Assembly (NCBI GenBank): GCA_036229005.1
Contig: JAZAMN010000057.1
Coordinates: forward strand, 1 to 64,000
Length of the DNA stretch: 64,000 nt
Direction: 5' to 3'
Source: Myxococcota bacterium
GTDB lineage: Bacteria; Myxococcota_A; UBA796; CAJQPC01
Part shown: piece after piece, positions 28,109 to 37,370 of the stretch
Numbering within the stretch: the first letter of the stretch is position 1
How the letters are laid out: the number at the start of each line of letters is the position of its first letter
Made by a program: the position numbers and the translations under genes
Notes under the pieces: model-generated
What the model saw: only the letters and a program-made list of their open reading frames with translations
What the model was told of the DNA's origin: nothing
Databases searched by the model: none

Positions 28109-29317
28109 TCACACCCGCTCGATGATGGTGGCGATGCCCATGCCGCCGCCGATGCACAAGGTCACCAGGCCCGTGCTCAGGTCCCGGTCCTCCAGAGCGT
28201 CCAGCACGGTGCCCAGGAGCATGGCGCCGGTCGCACCCAGGGGGTGGCCCAGGGCGATGGCGCCGCCGTTCACGTTGACCTTGGCGTGGTCGACGCCGAA
28301 GTGCTCCATGAAGGCCAGGGGCACGGCGGCGAAGGCCTCGTTGACCTCGAAGAGGTCGATGTCGCCGATCTCCATTCCGGCCTTGCGGAGGGCCTTCTCG
28401 GTGGCGGGCATGGGGCCCTCCAGCATGATGACCGGCTCGTCGCCGACAACCGCGACCGCGCGGATCCGCGCCCGCGCCTTGAGACCGTGGCGCGCCCCAG
28501 CAGCGGCGTTGCCCACCAGCACGGCCGCCGCCCCGTCCACGATGCCCGAGGAGTTCCCCGCGTGGTGCACGTGGGTGATGGCCTCGACCTCGGGGTAGAC
28601 CTTGCGAACCAGGGTGTCCAGGCCGAAGCCCTCGCCCATCATCTTGAAGCTGGGCTTGAGCGCCGCGAGCTTCTCCAGGGTGGTCCCCGGGCGGGGCATC
28701 TCGTCCCGCTCCAGGATGGGCAGGCCCGCGCCGTCGCGCACCGGAATCAGGCTGCGGTCGAAGGCGCCGCTCTGCTGCGCGGCGGCGGCCCGCTCTTGGC
28801 TCTCCACCGCGAAGGCGTCCACGTCCTGCCGCGAGAAGCCCCGCCGCGTGGCGATCAGGTCCGCCGAGATGCCCTGGGGCACGATGCCGCGCCCCTGCAC
28901 CATCACCGGGTCAAAGAGCGCGCCGCCGTCGCTGCCCATCTTCACCCGCGACATGGACTCCACGCCGCCGGCCACCACCAGATCCTGGAAGCCGCTGGCC
29001 ACCAGCGCCGCCGCCTGGTTGACCGTCTCCAGGCCGGAGCCGCAGAAGCGGTTGACCGTCTGCCCCGGGGGGCCGTCGCCGTAGCCGCTGGCCAGCACCG
29101 CCGCGCGCGCGATGCACGCTCCCTGGTCCCCGAGCTGGGTGACGCAGCCCAGGATCACGTCGTCTACATCGTCGGGGCCGAAACCCTGCCGCTCCCGCAG
29201 CGCGTCCAGCACCGTGACCGAGAGCTCCAGGGGCGATGAGATGTGCAAGGCCCCGCTGGACTTCCCCTTGCCCCGGGGCGTCCGCACGGTGTCGTAGATG
29301 AGTGCGTCGGGCTGCAT
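28109..29317 (-). CDS. fadA: Acetyl-CoA C-acyltransferase (thiolase)
   Basis: [44 protein letters not shown]. Confidence 0.93.
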   Translation of the reverse strand: MQPDALIYDTVRTPRGKGKSSGALHISSPLELSVTVLDALRERQGFGPDDVDDVILGCVTQLGDQGACIARAAVLASGYGDGPPGQTVNRFCGSGLETVNQAAALVASGFQDLVVAGGVESMSRVKMGSDGGALFDPVMVQGRGIVPQGISADLIATRRGFSRQDVDAFAVESQERAAAAQQSGAFDRSLIPVRDGAGLPILERDEMPRPGTTLEKLAALKPSFKMMGEGFGLDTLVRKVYPEVEAITHVHHAGNSSGIVDGAAAVLVGNAAAGARHGLKARARIRAVAVVGDEPVIMLEGPMPATEKALRKAGMEIGDIDLFEVNEAFAAVPLAFMEHFGVDHAKVNVNGGAIALGHPLGATGAMLLGTVLDALEDRDLSTGLVTLCIGGGMGIATIIERV

Positions 29318-29422
29318 TCGGCCTCCGTCGGTGAGATGCATCCATAGCACCCCGCGGGACATCCTTGCGCCCTCCTGTCACCTGGCCAGGGGCCCTCCAG
29401 AACTCAGGTACAACAGAACGGC

Positions 29423-30715
29423 ATGAGCCACGGGTCCACATTCGAGCTGCTGTACACAGCGCACCGCAAGCAGCACACCGCCCTGCTGCAGGTGGACGAC
29501 GCCCGCATCTGGCTGCGCGACGGGGTGGTCGTCTACGCCCAGGGCGTGCCCTGGAGCTCCCTGGACCCCGAGCCCGGCGACTCCCTGGAGACCCTGCTCA
29601 AGCGCTGGGAGCGCCAGGACGGCGACCTGAACCTCGCCCGCGCTCTGGCCAGCTCGGACATCGGCGTGTTCTGCGCGCGACACGCGAACCGCCCCGCCCG
29701 CCTGGAGCTGGGGAGCTGCGTGCGGGAGACCCCCTGGCGCCTGCACGCCCCGGTGCTCACCCTGATGGCCCGCGGTCTCCGGGCCCAGCGGAGCGCCGAC
29801 ACCGTCTACCAGAGCCTCCACCCCGTGCGCCACCAGCCGCTGGAGCTGGAGATCCCCAGCCAGGCCCACCTGCGCGGCCTGGACCGACGCACCCGCCTGC
29901 TGCTCACCCAGCTCGGCATCCTGCGCACCCCCGCCATGCTGCTGAGCGTCCTCGCCGCCGGCTACCCCACCCGCGCCCGCGATCTGCTCCTGCGCCTGGA
30001 CCTGCTCCTGCACCTGGGTCTGGTCCGCCTGCCGCGCCAGCTCCCCCTCCCCAGCGCCCAGTCCACTGCCGACCTGGACACCGTGCACGCCGCCGCCCTG
30101 CGCCCCAGCACCCAGGAGCTCGACAGCCTGCTGGAGCGCGCCCGCAGCGAGGGCGCCTGGGTGCTCCTGGACATCGCCGCTCTGGATCTCGACCAGCCTC
30201 TGCGCCGCGCCGACCTCGCGCAGGCCCTGGAGGCTGGCGTCCAGCGGCTCCGCAACAGCCCCTGGGCCCACCTGCCCCAGATCAGGGCCCTGCGGAAGCT
30301 GCTGGTCGAGAGCCGCCCCGTCCTGGACTCCACGGAGGCCCTCGCGGTCTGGGTGCGGAGCCTCCGACGCGCCGGGGGGATCGACGCGCCGGTGGGTGCA
30401 CGCCAACGTCGCCAGGCCCCCCTGCACCTCGACATGGCCCGCACGCTGCGCCACGAGGGACGCTGGAGCGCCGCCCTCCAGCAGATCTCCCGCTCCCTGG
30501 AGCTGGACCCCAGCGCCGAGGTCAACCGCATCGACCAGGTCCTCTGCCTCGTCGCTCTCAAGCGCATGGGCGTGCGCGACGCCCTCCTCAACCTGCAGGC
30601 CCTGCGGCTCCCGAACGCCGAAGATCAGGCCCGCGCAGAGCGCGCCGCTCGCCGCCTCCGCCTGGCCCTCCCGCGCGCCGAACGCTCCCCCCACCGGGGC
30701 TCTCTGAGCGGATAA
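29423..30715 (+). CDS. Hypothetical protein: DUF4388-like N-terminus, degenerate J-like region, C-terminal TPR
   Basis: TALLQV..RIWLRDGVVVYA; C-terminal GRWSAALQQISRSLELDP TPR-like helix pair. Confidence 0.6.
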   Translation: MSHGSTFELLYTAHRKQHTALLQVDDARIWLRDGVVVYAQGVPWSSLDPEPGDSLETLLKRWERQDGDLNLARALASSDIGVFCARHANRPARLELGSCVRETPWRLHAPVLTLMARGLRAQRSADTVYQSLHPVRHQPLELEIPSQAHLRGLDRRTRLLLTQLGILRTPAMLLSVLAAGYPTRARDLLLRLDLLLHLGLVRLPRQLPLPSAQSTADLDTVHAAALRPSTQELDSLLERARSEGAWVLLDIAALDLDQPLRRADLAQALEAGVQRLRNSPWAHLPQIRALRKLLVESRPVLDSTEALAVWVRSLRRAGGIDAPVGARQRRQAPLHLDMARTLRHEGRWSAALQQISRSLELDPSAEVNRIDQVLCLVALKRMGVRDALLNLQALRLPNAEDQARAERAARRLRLALPRAERSPHRGSLSG

Positions 30716-30751
30716 AACCCACCGCGCTCTCCTTTTGGATACGCTGAAGGC

Positions 30752-32935
30752 GTGACTGCGCTGACGGAACGGCCAGCAAGGCTGCTGCTACGGCTGCACC
30801 TGCGTCGACTCAACGGGCAGCTCCGCCTCAGCGGGCGGGGTCTGGACGCGCGGATCTGGATCAAGGGCGGGGTCCTGTGGGCCGCGACCGGCGTCCCGGG
30901 CCTGTTCGACTCCCTGCGCGACCGCGTGTCCCCGGGCCTCCCGCTGGGCCAGGACCTGCTCCAGGGCATCTCCCCCCTGATGGCCCAGGGCCTGGACCTG
31001 AACACCATCATGGACCACGCCGGCACGGGGGTCGGCCGCCTCTTGGCGCAGGCCTCCCTGGATCCCGAGCTCCAGGCTGAGTTCGAAGCCGAGGTGGCTC
31101 CTCCCCCTGGCGCATTCGGTGGCTCAACGCCCCTGCTTCGGGACTTCGCTCTGGCCCTTCGGGAGCTGCAGTCCGCAGGCGAGGTCGCCGATCTGCTCTC
31201 CGGCTGGTCCAGCGCACGCATCAAGGTGGAGCAGGCCTCCGGCGAAGACCTCAGCCCCCTGGGCCCCATCGCCGTGCGCACCCTGGCCCTGGCCCAGCGC
31301 AACCGCATCCTGGGAGACCTGGTCCGCAACAGCGGCCGGGGCCAGCTCAAGCGCACCCAGGAGGCCTGGCTGGCCGTCAACCTCCTGCTCCAGCTTGGCC
31401 TCGTTCGCATCCCGCAGGCTCCCCCCGTGGAGAAGGCCGCGACCCTGGAGGGGTTGGCCCCCCCCGGCAAGCACATCGAGGCCCCCGCTCCTCTCCCGCC
31501 GCCCCCTCCCGCAGCGCGCCCCGAGCCCCTGCGGCCGCCCCCCAGTCGGCGCCGGACGCGCTCCCAGGCCCGCCCCTCTGGCCTCGCCGCCTTCGCCGCC
31601 TCCGCTGGCGAGGCCCAGCCCCAGGTCGAGATCGAAGAGCAGGTCGGCGGCTGGTCAGGCGTGACCGAGGGCGCCTCCGAGTCCTTTGGTGGTCCCACCC
31701 AGCCCATCGGCAGCTTCGAGGACGACGTCGCCACCGGCCCCATCCCGCGAGGCCTGGGCGAAGACGACGCGACCGGTCCCCTGGACACCGCGGCCTCCTT
31801 CCTGGAGGAGACCGACCTGGAGGGCACCGGCGAGGTCTTCGCCATGGGGGACGAGGACGACGAAGAGGTCTTCGCGATGGGCGACGAGTACGAGGAGGAC
31901 GACGAAGAGGTCTTCGCGATGGGCGAAGAAGACGAAGACGAAGACGAAGAGGTCTTCGCGATGGGCGACGAAGACGAAGAGGTCTTCGCGATGGGAGATG
32001 ACGAAGAGGAGGAGGAAGAGGACGACGACGACAGCAGCGTCGAGGCCTTCTCCCTGGCCGGCGAGGAGCCCACCCCGGTGTTCGCCATGGACGAGGACGA
32101 AGACGAAGACGAAGACGAAGACGAAGACCTCGCCGAACCCAGCGAGGACTTCGACGACGAGGACGGCTTCTCTCTGGACGGTGAGCCCATCGAGGACCCC
32201 GCGCTGCCGGGCCTGCGTCGCCGCCTGGAGACCCTGCAGGGGCAGACCCAGCTCGAGCAGCTCGGCGTGGGGCGCCGGACCCTGCTCTCCCGCAACCTCA
32301 AGCGTAGCGAGCTGGAGTTCTGCTGGCAGACCGCCCGCGCGCCCTGGCTGCCCGCCAACTGGCGCAGCGCGAGCCCTGGTGTGCAGCAGGTCGTCGGGGA
32401 GATCCGGGGCCTGCTGGACGGCAGCTTCAAGGAGCTCAGCGCGCCCGCCGCCTACGCCGAGGCCCTCTCCAGCGCCTGGCTGGCCCTGCCCCAGCAGCAG
32501 AACGCCGCCGCCGAGGCCCTGGTCCAGCGCGCCCAGCGCGAGTGCGCCGCCGCCCGCTGGGACCGCGCCCTGGTGGTCCTCAAGAAGGTGCGCGAGACCA
32601 ACCCCACCCACGCCCGCGCCGTGCTGCTGCAGGTCTACGCCCAGGTCGTCCAGGGGCGCATCCCCGCCGAGGACGCCGTGGCCTGGGTCTACGCCGTCAG
32701 CCAGCGCCAGTCCGACCTCAAGCTGCGCGCCCAGGGCGCCTACACCGCCGGCCGGCTCATGGAGCGCCTCAAGCGCCCCGCGGACGCCCTGATCTGCTAC
32801 CGCGCCGCCGCCGCCTGGAAGCCGGATCACAGCCCCAGCGCCAAGCGCATCCGGGTCCTCCGCGAGCAGAAGCTCGGCGACCCCACGGGCCTGGGCCGCT
32901 GCTTCGACCCCAGCGCCGAGCGCCCCGGAGCCTGA
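30752..32935 (+). CDS. Hypothetical protein: DUF4388-like N-terminus, acidic EVFAMG repeats, pseudo-J domain, TPRs
   Basis: LNGQLRL..RIWIKGGVLWAA; Pro-rich and acidic linker; QLEQLGV...WLPAN...FKELSAP; TPRs (ALICYRAAAAWKPDH). Confidence 0.65.
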   Translation: MTALTERPARLLLRLHLRRLNGQLRLSGRGLDARIWIKGGVLWAATGVPGLFDSLRDRVSPGLPLGQDLLQGISPLMAQGLDLNTIMDHAGTGVGRLLAQASLDPELQAEFEAEVAPPPGAFGGSTPLLRDFALALRELQSAGEVADLLSGWSSARIKVEQASGEDLSPLGPIAVRTLALAQRNRILGDLVRNSGRGQLKRTQEAWLAVNLLLQLGLVRIPQAPPVEKAATLEGLAPPGKHIEAPAPLPPPPPAARPEPLRPPPSRRRTRSQARPSGLAAFAASAGEAQPQVEIEEQVGGWSGVTEGASESFGGPTQPIGSFEDDVATGPIPRGLGEDDATGPLDTAASFLEETDLEGTGEVFAMGDEDDEEVFAMGDEYEEDDEEVFAMGEEDEDEDEEVFAMGDEDEEVFAMGDDEEEEEEDDDDSSVEAFSLAGEEPTPVFAMDEDEDEDEDEDEDLAEPSEDFDDEDGFSLDGEPIEDPALPGLRRRLETLQGQTQLEQLGVGRRTLLSRNLKRSELEFCWQTARAPWLPANWRSASPGVQQVVGEIRGLLDGSFKELSAPAAYAEALSSAWLALPQQQNAAAEALVQRAQRECAAARWDRALVVLKKVRETNPTHARAVLLQVYAQVVQGRIPAEDAVAWVYAVSQRQSDLKLRAQGAYTAGRLMERLKRPADALICYRAAAAWKPDHSPSAKRIRVLREQKLGDPTGLGRCFDPSAERPGA
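31830..32130 (+). repeat. Coding repeat EVFAMG + poly-Asp/Glu
   Basis: gaggtcttcgc(c/g)atggg x5 plus VFAMD, separated by acidic tracts of variable length. Confidence 0.85.
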
Positions 32936-33005
32936 GCCCCGGCCGGGTCGAATCCCGCCGCCAGCCCTGCTTTCGGGTGTTACGCTCCCAGCGCGCGAGG
33001 TGTAC

Positions 33006-33377
33006 ATGTCCCTGCCCACTGATCAACCCCTGCACACGCCGCAGGGCCGCAGCCTCACCCTCCGGGAGGACAGCCCCGAGCAGGAGACCCTCCAGCTCCG
33101 CAACGCCCAGGGCGAGCTGGAGTGCGAGCTCAAGCTCACCCGCGACGGCCCCGTCCTCCGCCTGAGCAGCGAGCGCATCGAGCTGCACGCCAGCGAGACC
33201 GTCGCCGTCACCTGCAAGCGCTTCGAGGTCCAGGCCAGCGAGTCGGCCGAGATCCTCAGCAAGGGCAGCGCCCGCGTGCACGCCGACGGCGAGCTCGAGC
33301 TACACAGCGACGCCGAGATGCGCCTGCGCTCAGAAGACGAGATCAAGGCCATCGCCAACATGATCTGGCTGAACTAG
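33006..33377 (+). CDS. Short VgrG/gp5 C-terminal spike-like beta-repeat protein
   Basis: About 8-aa periodic strands (IELHASET VAVTCKRF EVQASESA EILSKGSA RVHADGEL ELHSDAEM) ending MIWLN; directly upstream of a PAAR gene. Confidence 0.6.
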   Translation: MSLPTDQPLHTPQGRSLTLREDSPEQETLQLRNAQGELECELKLTRDGPVLRLSSERIELHASETVAVTCKRFEVQASESAEILSKGSARVHADGELELHSDAEMRLRSEDEIKAIANMIWLN

Positions 33378-33386
33378 GAGCACCGC

Positions 33387-33782
33387 ATGGGCCTCCCCGC
33401 ATCCATCAAGGGCGACATGGTGCTCCAGACGCCCCCCGTGCACTGCCACCAGCCCCACCCCATGGGCCCCGCGCAGGTCCCGATCCCCTTGCCCGTGGCC
33501 CCGCCCCTCAAGATGGAGGCCACCCACGCCAAGAAGGTCAAGATCGGCGGCAAGGAGGCCATCCGCGTCGGCGACAAGACCAAGGACGACAACATCCCCG
33601 GCTGCCCCAAGCCCAAGGCCGGCCCCGGCGAGGTCGCCATGGGCAGCACCACGGTCAAGATCGAGGGCAAGTTCGCCGCCCGCATCCTGGACATGACCAA
33701 GCACGCCGCCTGCACCGCCCCAATCCCCGCGCCCGTGGGCAAGATCATGGGCCCCGGCTGCGCCACGGTGATGATCGGCTAG
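33387..33782 (+). CDS. PAAR-domain protein
   Basis: Three PAAR-like motifs (PASIKGD, EAIRVGD, FAARILD); GSTTVKIEG; GCATVMIG end; His/Cys possible Zn ligands; AGGAG RBS. Confidence 0.88.
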   Translation: MGLPASIKGDMVLQTPPVHCHQPHPMGPAQVPIPLPVAPPLKMEATHAKKVKIGGKEAIRVGDKTKDDNIPGCPKPKAGPGEVAMGSTTVKIEGKFAARILDMTKHAACTAPIPAPVGKIMGPGCATVMIG

Positions 33783-34843
33783 TGCTCCCGGCTCACCTCC
33801 AGGCGCTGGAGCCCCAGTGCCCGCGCTGCCTCCAGCAAGGGCAGGCCCACCCCGTCGCCCTGGCCCGTGTTGACCTCGCCGACGCCGACCGGGTCCTCCA
33901 AGGTGCGCTGGGCTGCCCCGCCTGTGGGATGGAATACCCCATCCTGGACGGCATCCCGATCCTCCTCCCCTCCCTCCGGGACTGGGTGCGCGGGAGCCTG
34001 CTGCACCTGGTCCAGCGCCGCGACCTGTCCCCCGCCCTGGACAGCCTGATCGGCGACGCCTGCGGCCCCGGCTCCGCCTACGACGAGACCCGCAAGACCC
34101 TGGCCACCTACGCCTGGGACCACTGGGGGCACCTGCTCAGCACCCCGGATCCCCACTGCCCCCCCGGCAGCCTGGCGGCCCTGCTCGACACCCTGCTCGA
34201 CCACGCCCCTGAGCCCGCCGACGGCCCTCTGCTGGATCTCGGCTGCGGCCCTGGCGCCTCGGCACTCCGGCTCTCCGAGCGCTTTGAGGAGCGGCTCGTG
34301 GTGGGCGTGGACATGAACTTCTCACTGCTCTCGCTGGGTGCCCGCCTCCTCAGGGGTCAGGAGGCTGAGATCCCCCGGCGAGGACAGGGTCTGGTGACCT
34401 GGTGGGAGCGCGCACAACTTCCAAACGCCCAGGATCAAGTCGCCCTTTGGTGCTGTGATGTGCGCGCACTCCCCTTCCGTGGCCAGAGCTTTGGGGGCGT
34501 GAGCAGCCTGAACCTGCTGGACTCCGTGGACCCGCCCCTCCAGCACCTGCAGGAGCTCAGCCGCGTGCTCGCGATCGGGGGCAGCGCCTGGATGGCCAGC
34601 CCCTTTGACTGGGCCAGCCGCGCCACCCCCTACGAACAGTGGCTGGGGGGCCACAGCCAGCGCGCGCCCCACCAGGGGGACTCCCGCAGCGTCCTGATCG
34701 GGCTCATGGACCGGGGCGTGATCCCCCTGGAGCCCACCTGGGAGGGTCAGGGCCCATGGACCCTGCGAAACAGCGCCAGCAGCCAGACTCGGTACCAGTG
34801 TTGGCTCGGTGTCCTCTCGCGCAGGGACGAAACGGCTCGGTGA
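33782..34843 (+). CDS. Class I SAM methyltransferase with N-terminal Trm112-like zinc ribbon
   Basis: CPRC...CPAC, YPILDGIPILLP; LDLGCGPG; LNLLDSV; SPFDW...WLGG; GTG overlapping the PAAR stop. Confidence 0.82.
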   Translation: MLPAHLQALEPQCPRCLQQGQAHPVALARVDLADADRVLQGALGCPACGMEYPILDGIPILLPSLRDWVRGSLLHLVQRRDLSPALDSLIGDACGPGSAYDETRKTLATYAWDHWGHLLSTPDPHCPPGSLAALLDTLLDHAPEPADGPLLDLGCGPGASALRLSERFEERLVVGVDMNFSLLSLGARLLRGQEAEIPRRGQGLVTWWERAQLPNAQDQVALWCCDVRALPFRGQSFGGVSSLNLLDSVDPPLQHLQELSRVLAIGGSAWMASPFDWASRATPYEQWLGGHSQRAPHQGDSRSVLIGLMDRGVIPLEPTWEGQGPWTLRNSASSQTRYQCWLGVLSRRDETAR

Positions 34844-34915
34844 CAGCGATCCAACGTGCTTGCGCAGCCGTTAGATCTGCGGACCCCGCCTGAGCATCAG
34901 GCACTTGGAGGAACC

Positions 34916-36322
34916 ATGACCCGCATTTCCCTTAGCTTTGTGGGCCTTCTCGGCCTGAGCACCCTGGTCGCCTGCGACAAGGACACCCCGCCTGACGACA
35001 CCCAGGTCGAGACCGACGCCGACACCGACGCGGACAGCGACTCCGACACCGACTCCGACTCCGACGCGGACAGCGACTCCGACGCCGACTCCGACGCGGA
35101 CACCGACTCCGACGCCGACGCCGACGTGGAGACCGAGGTCTACAAGGTCCGCACCGGCGTGTACAGCGCGGGCAACAGCAGCGACGTGACCGGCGACACC
35201 GTCACCGTGACCGGCATGCTGACCACCGAGGCCGGCAAGTACGGCTACTTCCTCAACGACGGCTACAGCGGCGGCTACCACAACATCCAGGTATTCCTGT
35301 ACAACGCCGACAGCGCCGAGACCCTCTACAACCTCGGTGACATCGTCACCGTGACCGGTGAGTACGTCGAGTACGACGGCGCCAGCTACAGCGGCGTGGC
35401 CGAGACCGCGCAGGCCGAGATCGTCCTGGGCGACGTGACCGACATCAGCACCAGCACCGAGACCGTCGCCGAGATCGGCGCCACCGAGGCCACCATCGCC
35501 GAGATCCTGGCCGACGCCGAGGCCTACGAGTCCATGCTGGTCAAGATCAGCGGCGTGACCGTCACCGGCGAGCTCAACAGCTACGGCGAGTTCGAGATCA
35601 ACGATGGCACCGAGGCCATGAAGATCGACGACTACATCTACGGCCTCGAGGACGACAACACCGTCTCCGTCGACAGCACCGCAGACAGCGTCACCGGCGT
35701 GGTCATCTACAGCTACGGCGAGTACAAGCTCGCTCCCCGCAGCGCCGACGACTACGTCAACTACGTCGCCTACGTGGCCCCCTGCCCCGCCGACAAGTGC
35801 TTCGACGACCTGGTCGCAGGTGACCTGCTCGTCACCGAGATGATGTACGACACCGTCGCCGTCGACGACGACGACAACGAGTACATCGAGGTCTACAACG
35901 CCTCCGGCGGCTCCGTGAACCTGGAGGGCCTGACCTTCGAGGACAACGGCTCCAACACCGGCACCATCTCCCAGGTGGACGCCACCGCGACCTTCGCCGC
36001 CGGCGAGTACATCGTCCTGGCCAAGGGCAGCGGCTCCAAGTGGAGCTGGACCACCTTCACCGCGGACGGCTACTACGGTGGCGTCACGCTGAACAACGGC
36101 AGCAGCGGCGACGCCGCGAAGCTCTACAACGACACCGAGACCATCGCCCAGGCCCCCACCTACAGCGGGGACGAGGCCGGTGCCTCCATCGCGTTCGACG
36201 GCTCCATGTCCCTGACCCAGGCCAACGTCGAGGACATCGCCAACTGGTGCCCCGCCACCAGCGAGATCGAGGGCGGCGACCTGGGCACCCCCGGCGCCGT
36301 CAACGACACCTGCGCCGAGTAG
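34916..36322 (+). CDS. Lipoprotein with Asp-rich linker, OB-fold-like repeats and lamin-tail domain
   Basis: LVAC lipobox; GDIVTVTGEYVEY, AEAYESMLVKI, YKLAPR; LLVTEMMYD..EYIEVYN..GTPGAVN; GGAGG RBS. Confidence 0.82.
   Translation: MTRISLSFVGLLGLSTLVACDKDTPPDDTQVETDADTDADSDSDTDSDSDADSDSDADSDADTDSDADADVETEVYKVRTGVYSAGNSSDVTGDTVTVTGMLTTEAGKYGYFLNDGYSGGYHNIQVFLYNADSAETLYNLGDIVTVTGEYVEYDGASYSGVAETAQAEIVLGDVTDISTSTETVAEIGATEATIAEILADAEAYESMLVKISGVTVTGELNSYGEFEINDGTEAMKIDDYIYGLEDDNTVSVDSTADSVTGVVIYSYGEYKLAPRSADDYVNYVAYVAPCPADKCFDDLVAGDLLVTEMMYDTVAVDDDDNEYIEVYNASGGSVNLEGLTFEDNGSNTGTISQVDATATFAAGEYIVLAKGSGSKWSWTTFTADGYYGGVTLNNGSSGDAAKLYNDTETIAQAPTYSGDEAGASIAFDGSMSLTQANVEDIANWCPATSEIEGGDLGTPGAVNDTCAE
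35015..35125 (+). repeat. Coding Asp-X hexamer repeat linker
   Basis: DADTDADSDSDTDSD... Confidence 0.9.
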
Positions 36323-36344
36323 TCCGCTCCCGCGCTGACCAAGC

Positions 36345-36377
36345 AGAGGGCGTCCTCCTACCCGGGGGGCGCCCTCT
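36345..36377 (+). terminator. GC-rich stem-loop after the lamin-tail gene (no U tract)
   Basis: AGAGGGCGTCCTCC-TACCC-GGGGGGCGCCCTCT. Confidence 0.5.
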
Positions 36378-36551
36378 CCTGCTCTGGGGCCCTGCGGGGC
36401 CGTCACTGGAGGGGGTGGGGGTGTCGGAAATGGGTGTCGGCCAGTGGACACCCTGCCGTCGAAGGGCTGACAGTGCCCGCCAGCGCTCGCTGAAAACGCT
36501 CTTTGTTCCTTGGTCCCAAAGTGACCACCAGGCTGGCACGCCTCCTGCTCT

Positions 36552-37364
36552 ATGCCCAGGCAGGAGGTCCCCATGTACTGCATCATCGCCCTTTCCCATC
36601 AAGACGACGGCCTGCTCTTCTTCTCCACCGAGCAGCGCCGCCGCTTCATCCGCCGGGCCGTCGAGCTGGGCGCCCGCTGGGGCGTCAAGGTCCTGGCCTG
36701 GCACCTCTGCGCGAGCGAGGTCGAGCTCCTGGTCCACGGCCGCCCCGACACCTTCAAGGGCTGGGTGCGGCTGCTGCACTCCAGCCACAGCACCGAGCTG
36801 CAGCAGCTCCGGGGGCGCCGCATCGACTGGGCCCGCCCCGAGCTGAGCATCGTCAGCGACCCGGTGAACGCCGCCCGCAACCTGCACAGCCTGGACCCCT
36901 TCAACCCGTGGAGCTCCCTCTGGGACGCCGCCGGGCTGCGCAGCACCCCCCAGTTCTCCGCCGCCTGGCTCCAGTCACAGGCCAGCCCCGAGCAGTGGTG
37001 GCAGTGGGCGGGCGGTCCCCACCTGCCCCTGGGCGCCGGCCCCATGGAGCCCGCCACCTGGCCCCAGGTCCTGCAGGCCGTCGACGCCGTCACCTGGCAG
37101 GGGGCCGCCCGTCAGAACCGGGTGCTGCTCACCCAGCTCGCCTTCCGCGCCGGCTGGCCGGTCGGGGCCCTCTGCGAGCAGATGGAGGTGGGGAGGGCTG
37201 CGATCCGCAAGAGCCTGAACAGCTCACCGCGCCCAGAGCTTGGCGCCGCGCAAGCTCACCTGCGACACCCTGGCCTCAGCGAGGTGCTCGAGGACGAGAT
37301 GCCCACCCTGGCCTCGCACACCCTGCCGCGCCCCATCATCGAGGCCCTGGAGGCCGCGAGCTGA
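36552..37364 (+). CDS. RAYT / Y1 HUH transposase-like protein, catalytic residues apparently lost, with C-terminal HTH
   Basis: LFFSTEQRRRF, GVKVLAWHLCASEVELLV (cf. AYCLMxNHxHLL), AARNLHSLDP (cf. RYIHxNP), NPWSS; C-terminal DnaA-C-like helix-turn-helix. Confidence 0.62.
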   Translation: MPRQEVPMYCIIALSHQDDGLLFFSTEQRRRFIRRAVELGARWGVKVLAWHLCASEVELLVHGRPDTFKGWVRLLHSSHSTELQQLRGRRIDWARPELSIVSDPVNAARNLHSLDPFNPWSSLWDAAGLRSTPQFSAAWLQSQASPEQWWQWAGGPHLPLGAGPMEPATWPQVLQAVDAVTWQGAARQNRVLLTQLAFRAGWPVGALCEQMEVGRAAIRKSLNSSPRPELGAAQAHLRHPGLSEVLEDEMPTLASHTLPRPIIEALEAAS

Positions 37365-37370
37365 GGGGGT

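Noticed and set aside
33006..33782. Type VI secretion or prophage tail locus
   Set aside because: No Hcp/tube, sheath, baseplate, ClpV, membrane complex or phage genes nearby.
36552..37364. Active IS200/IS605 insertion sequence
   Set aside because: The HUH and catalytic Tyr motifs are absent, there is no tnpB, and no paired end hairpins were recognised on both sides.
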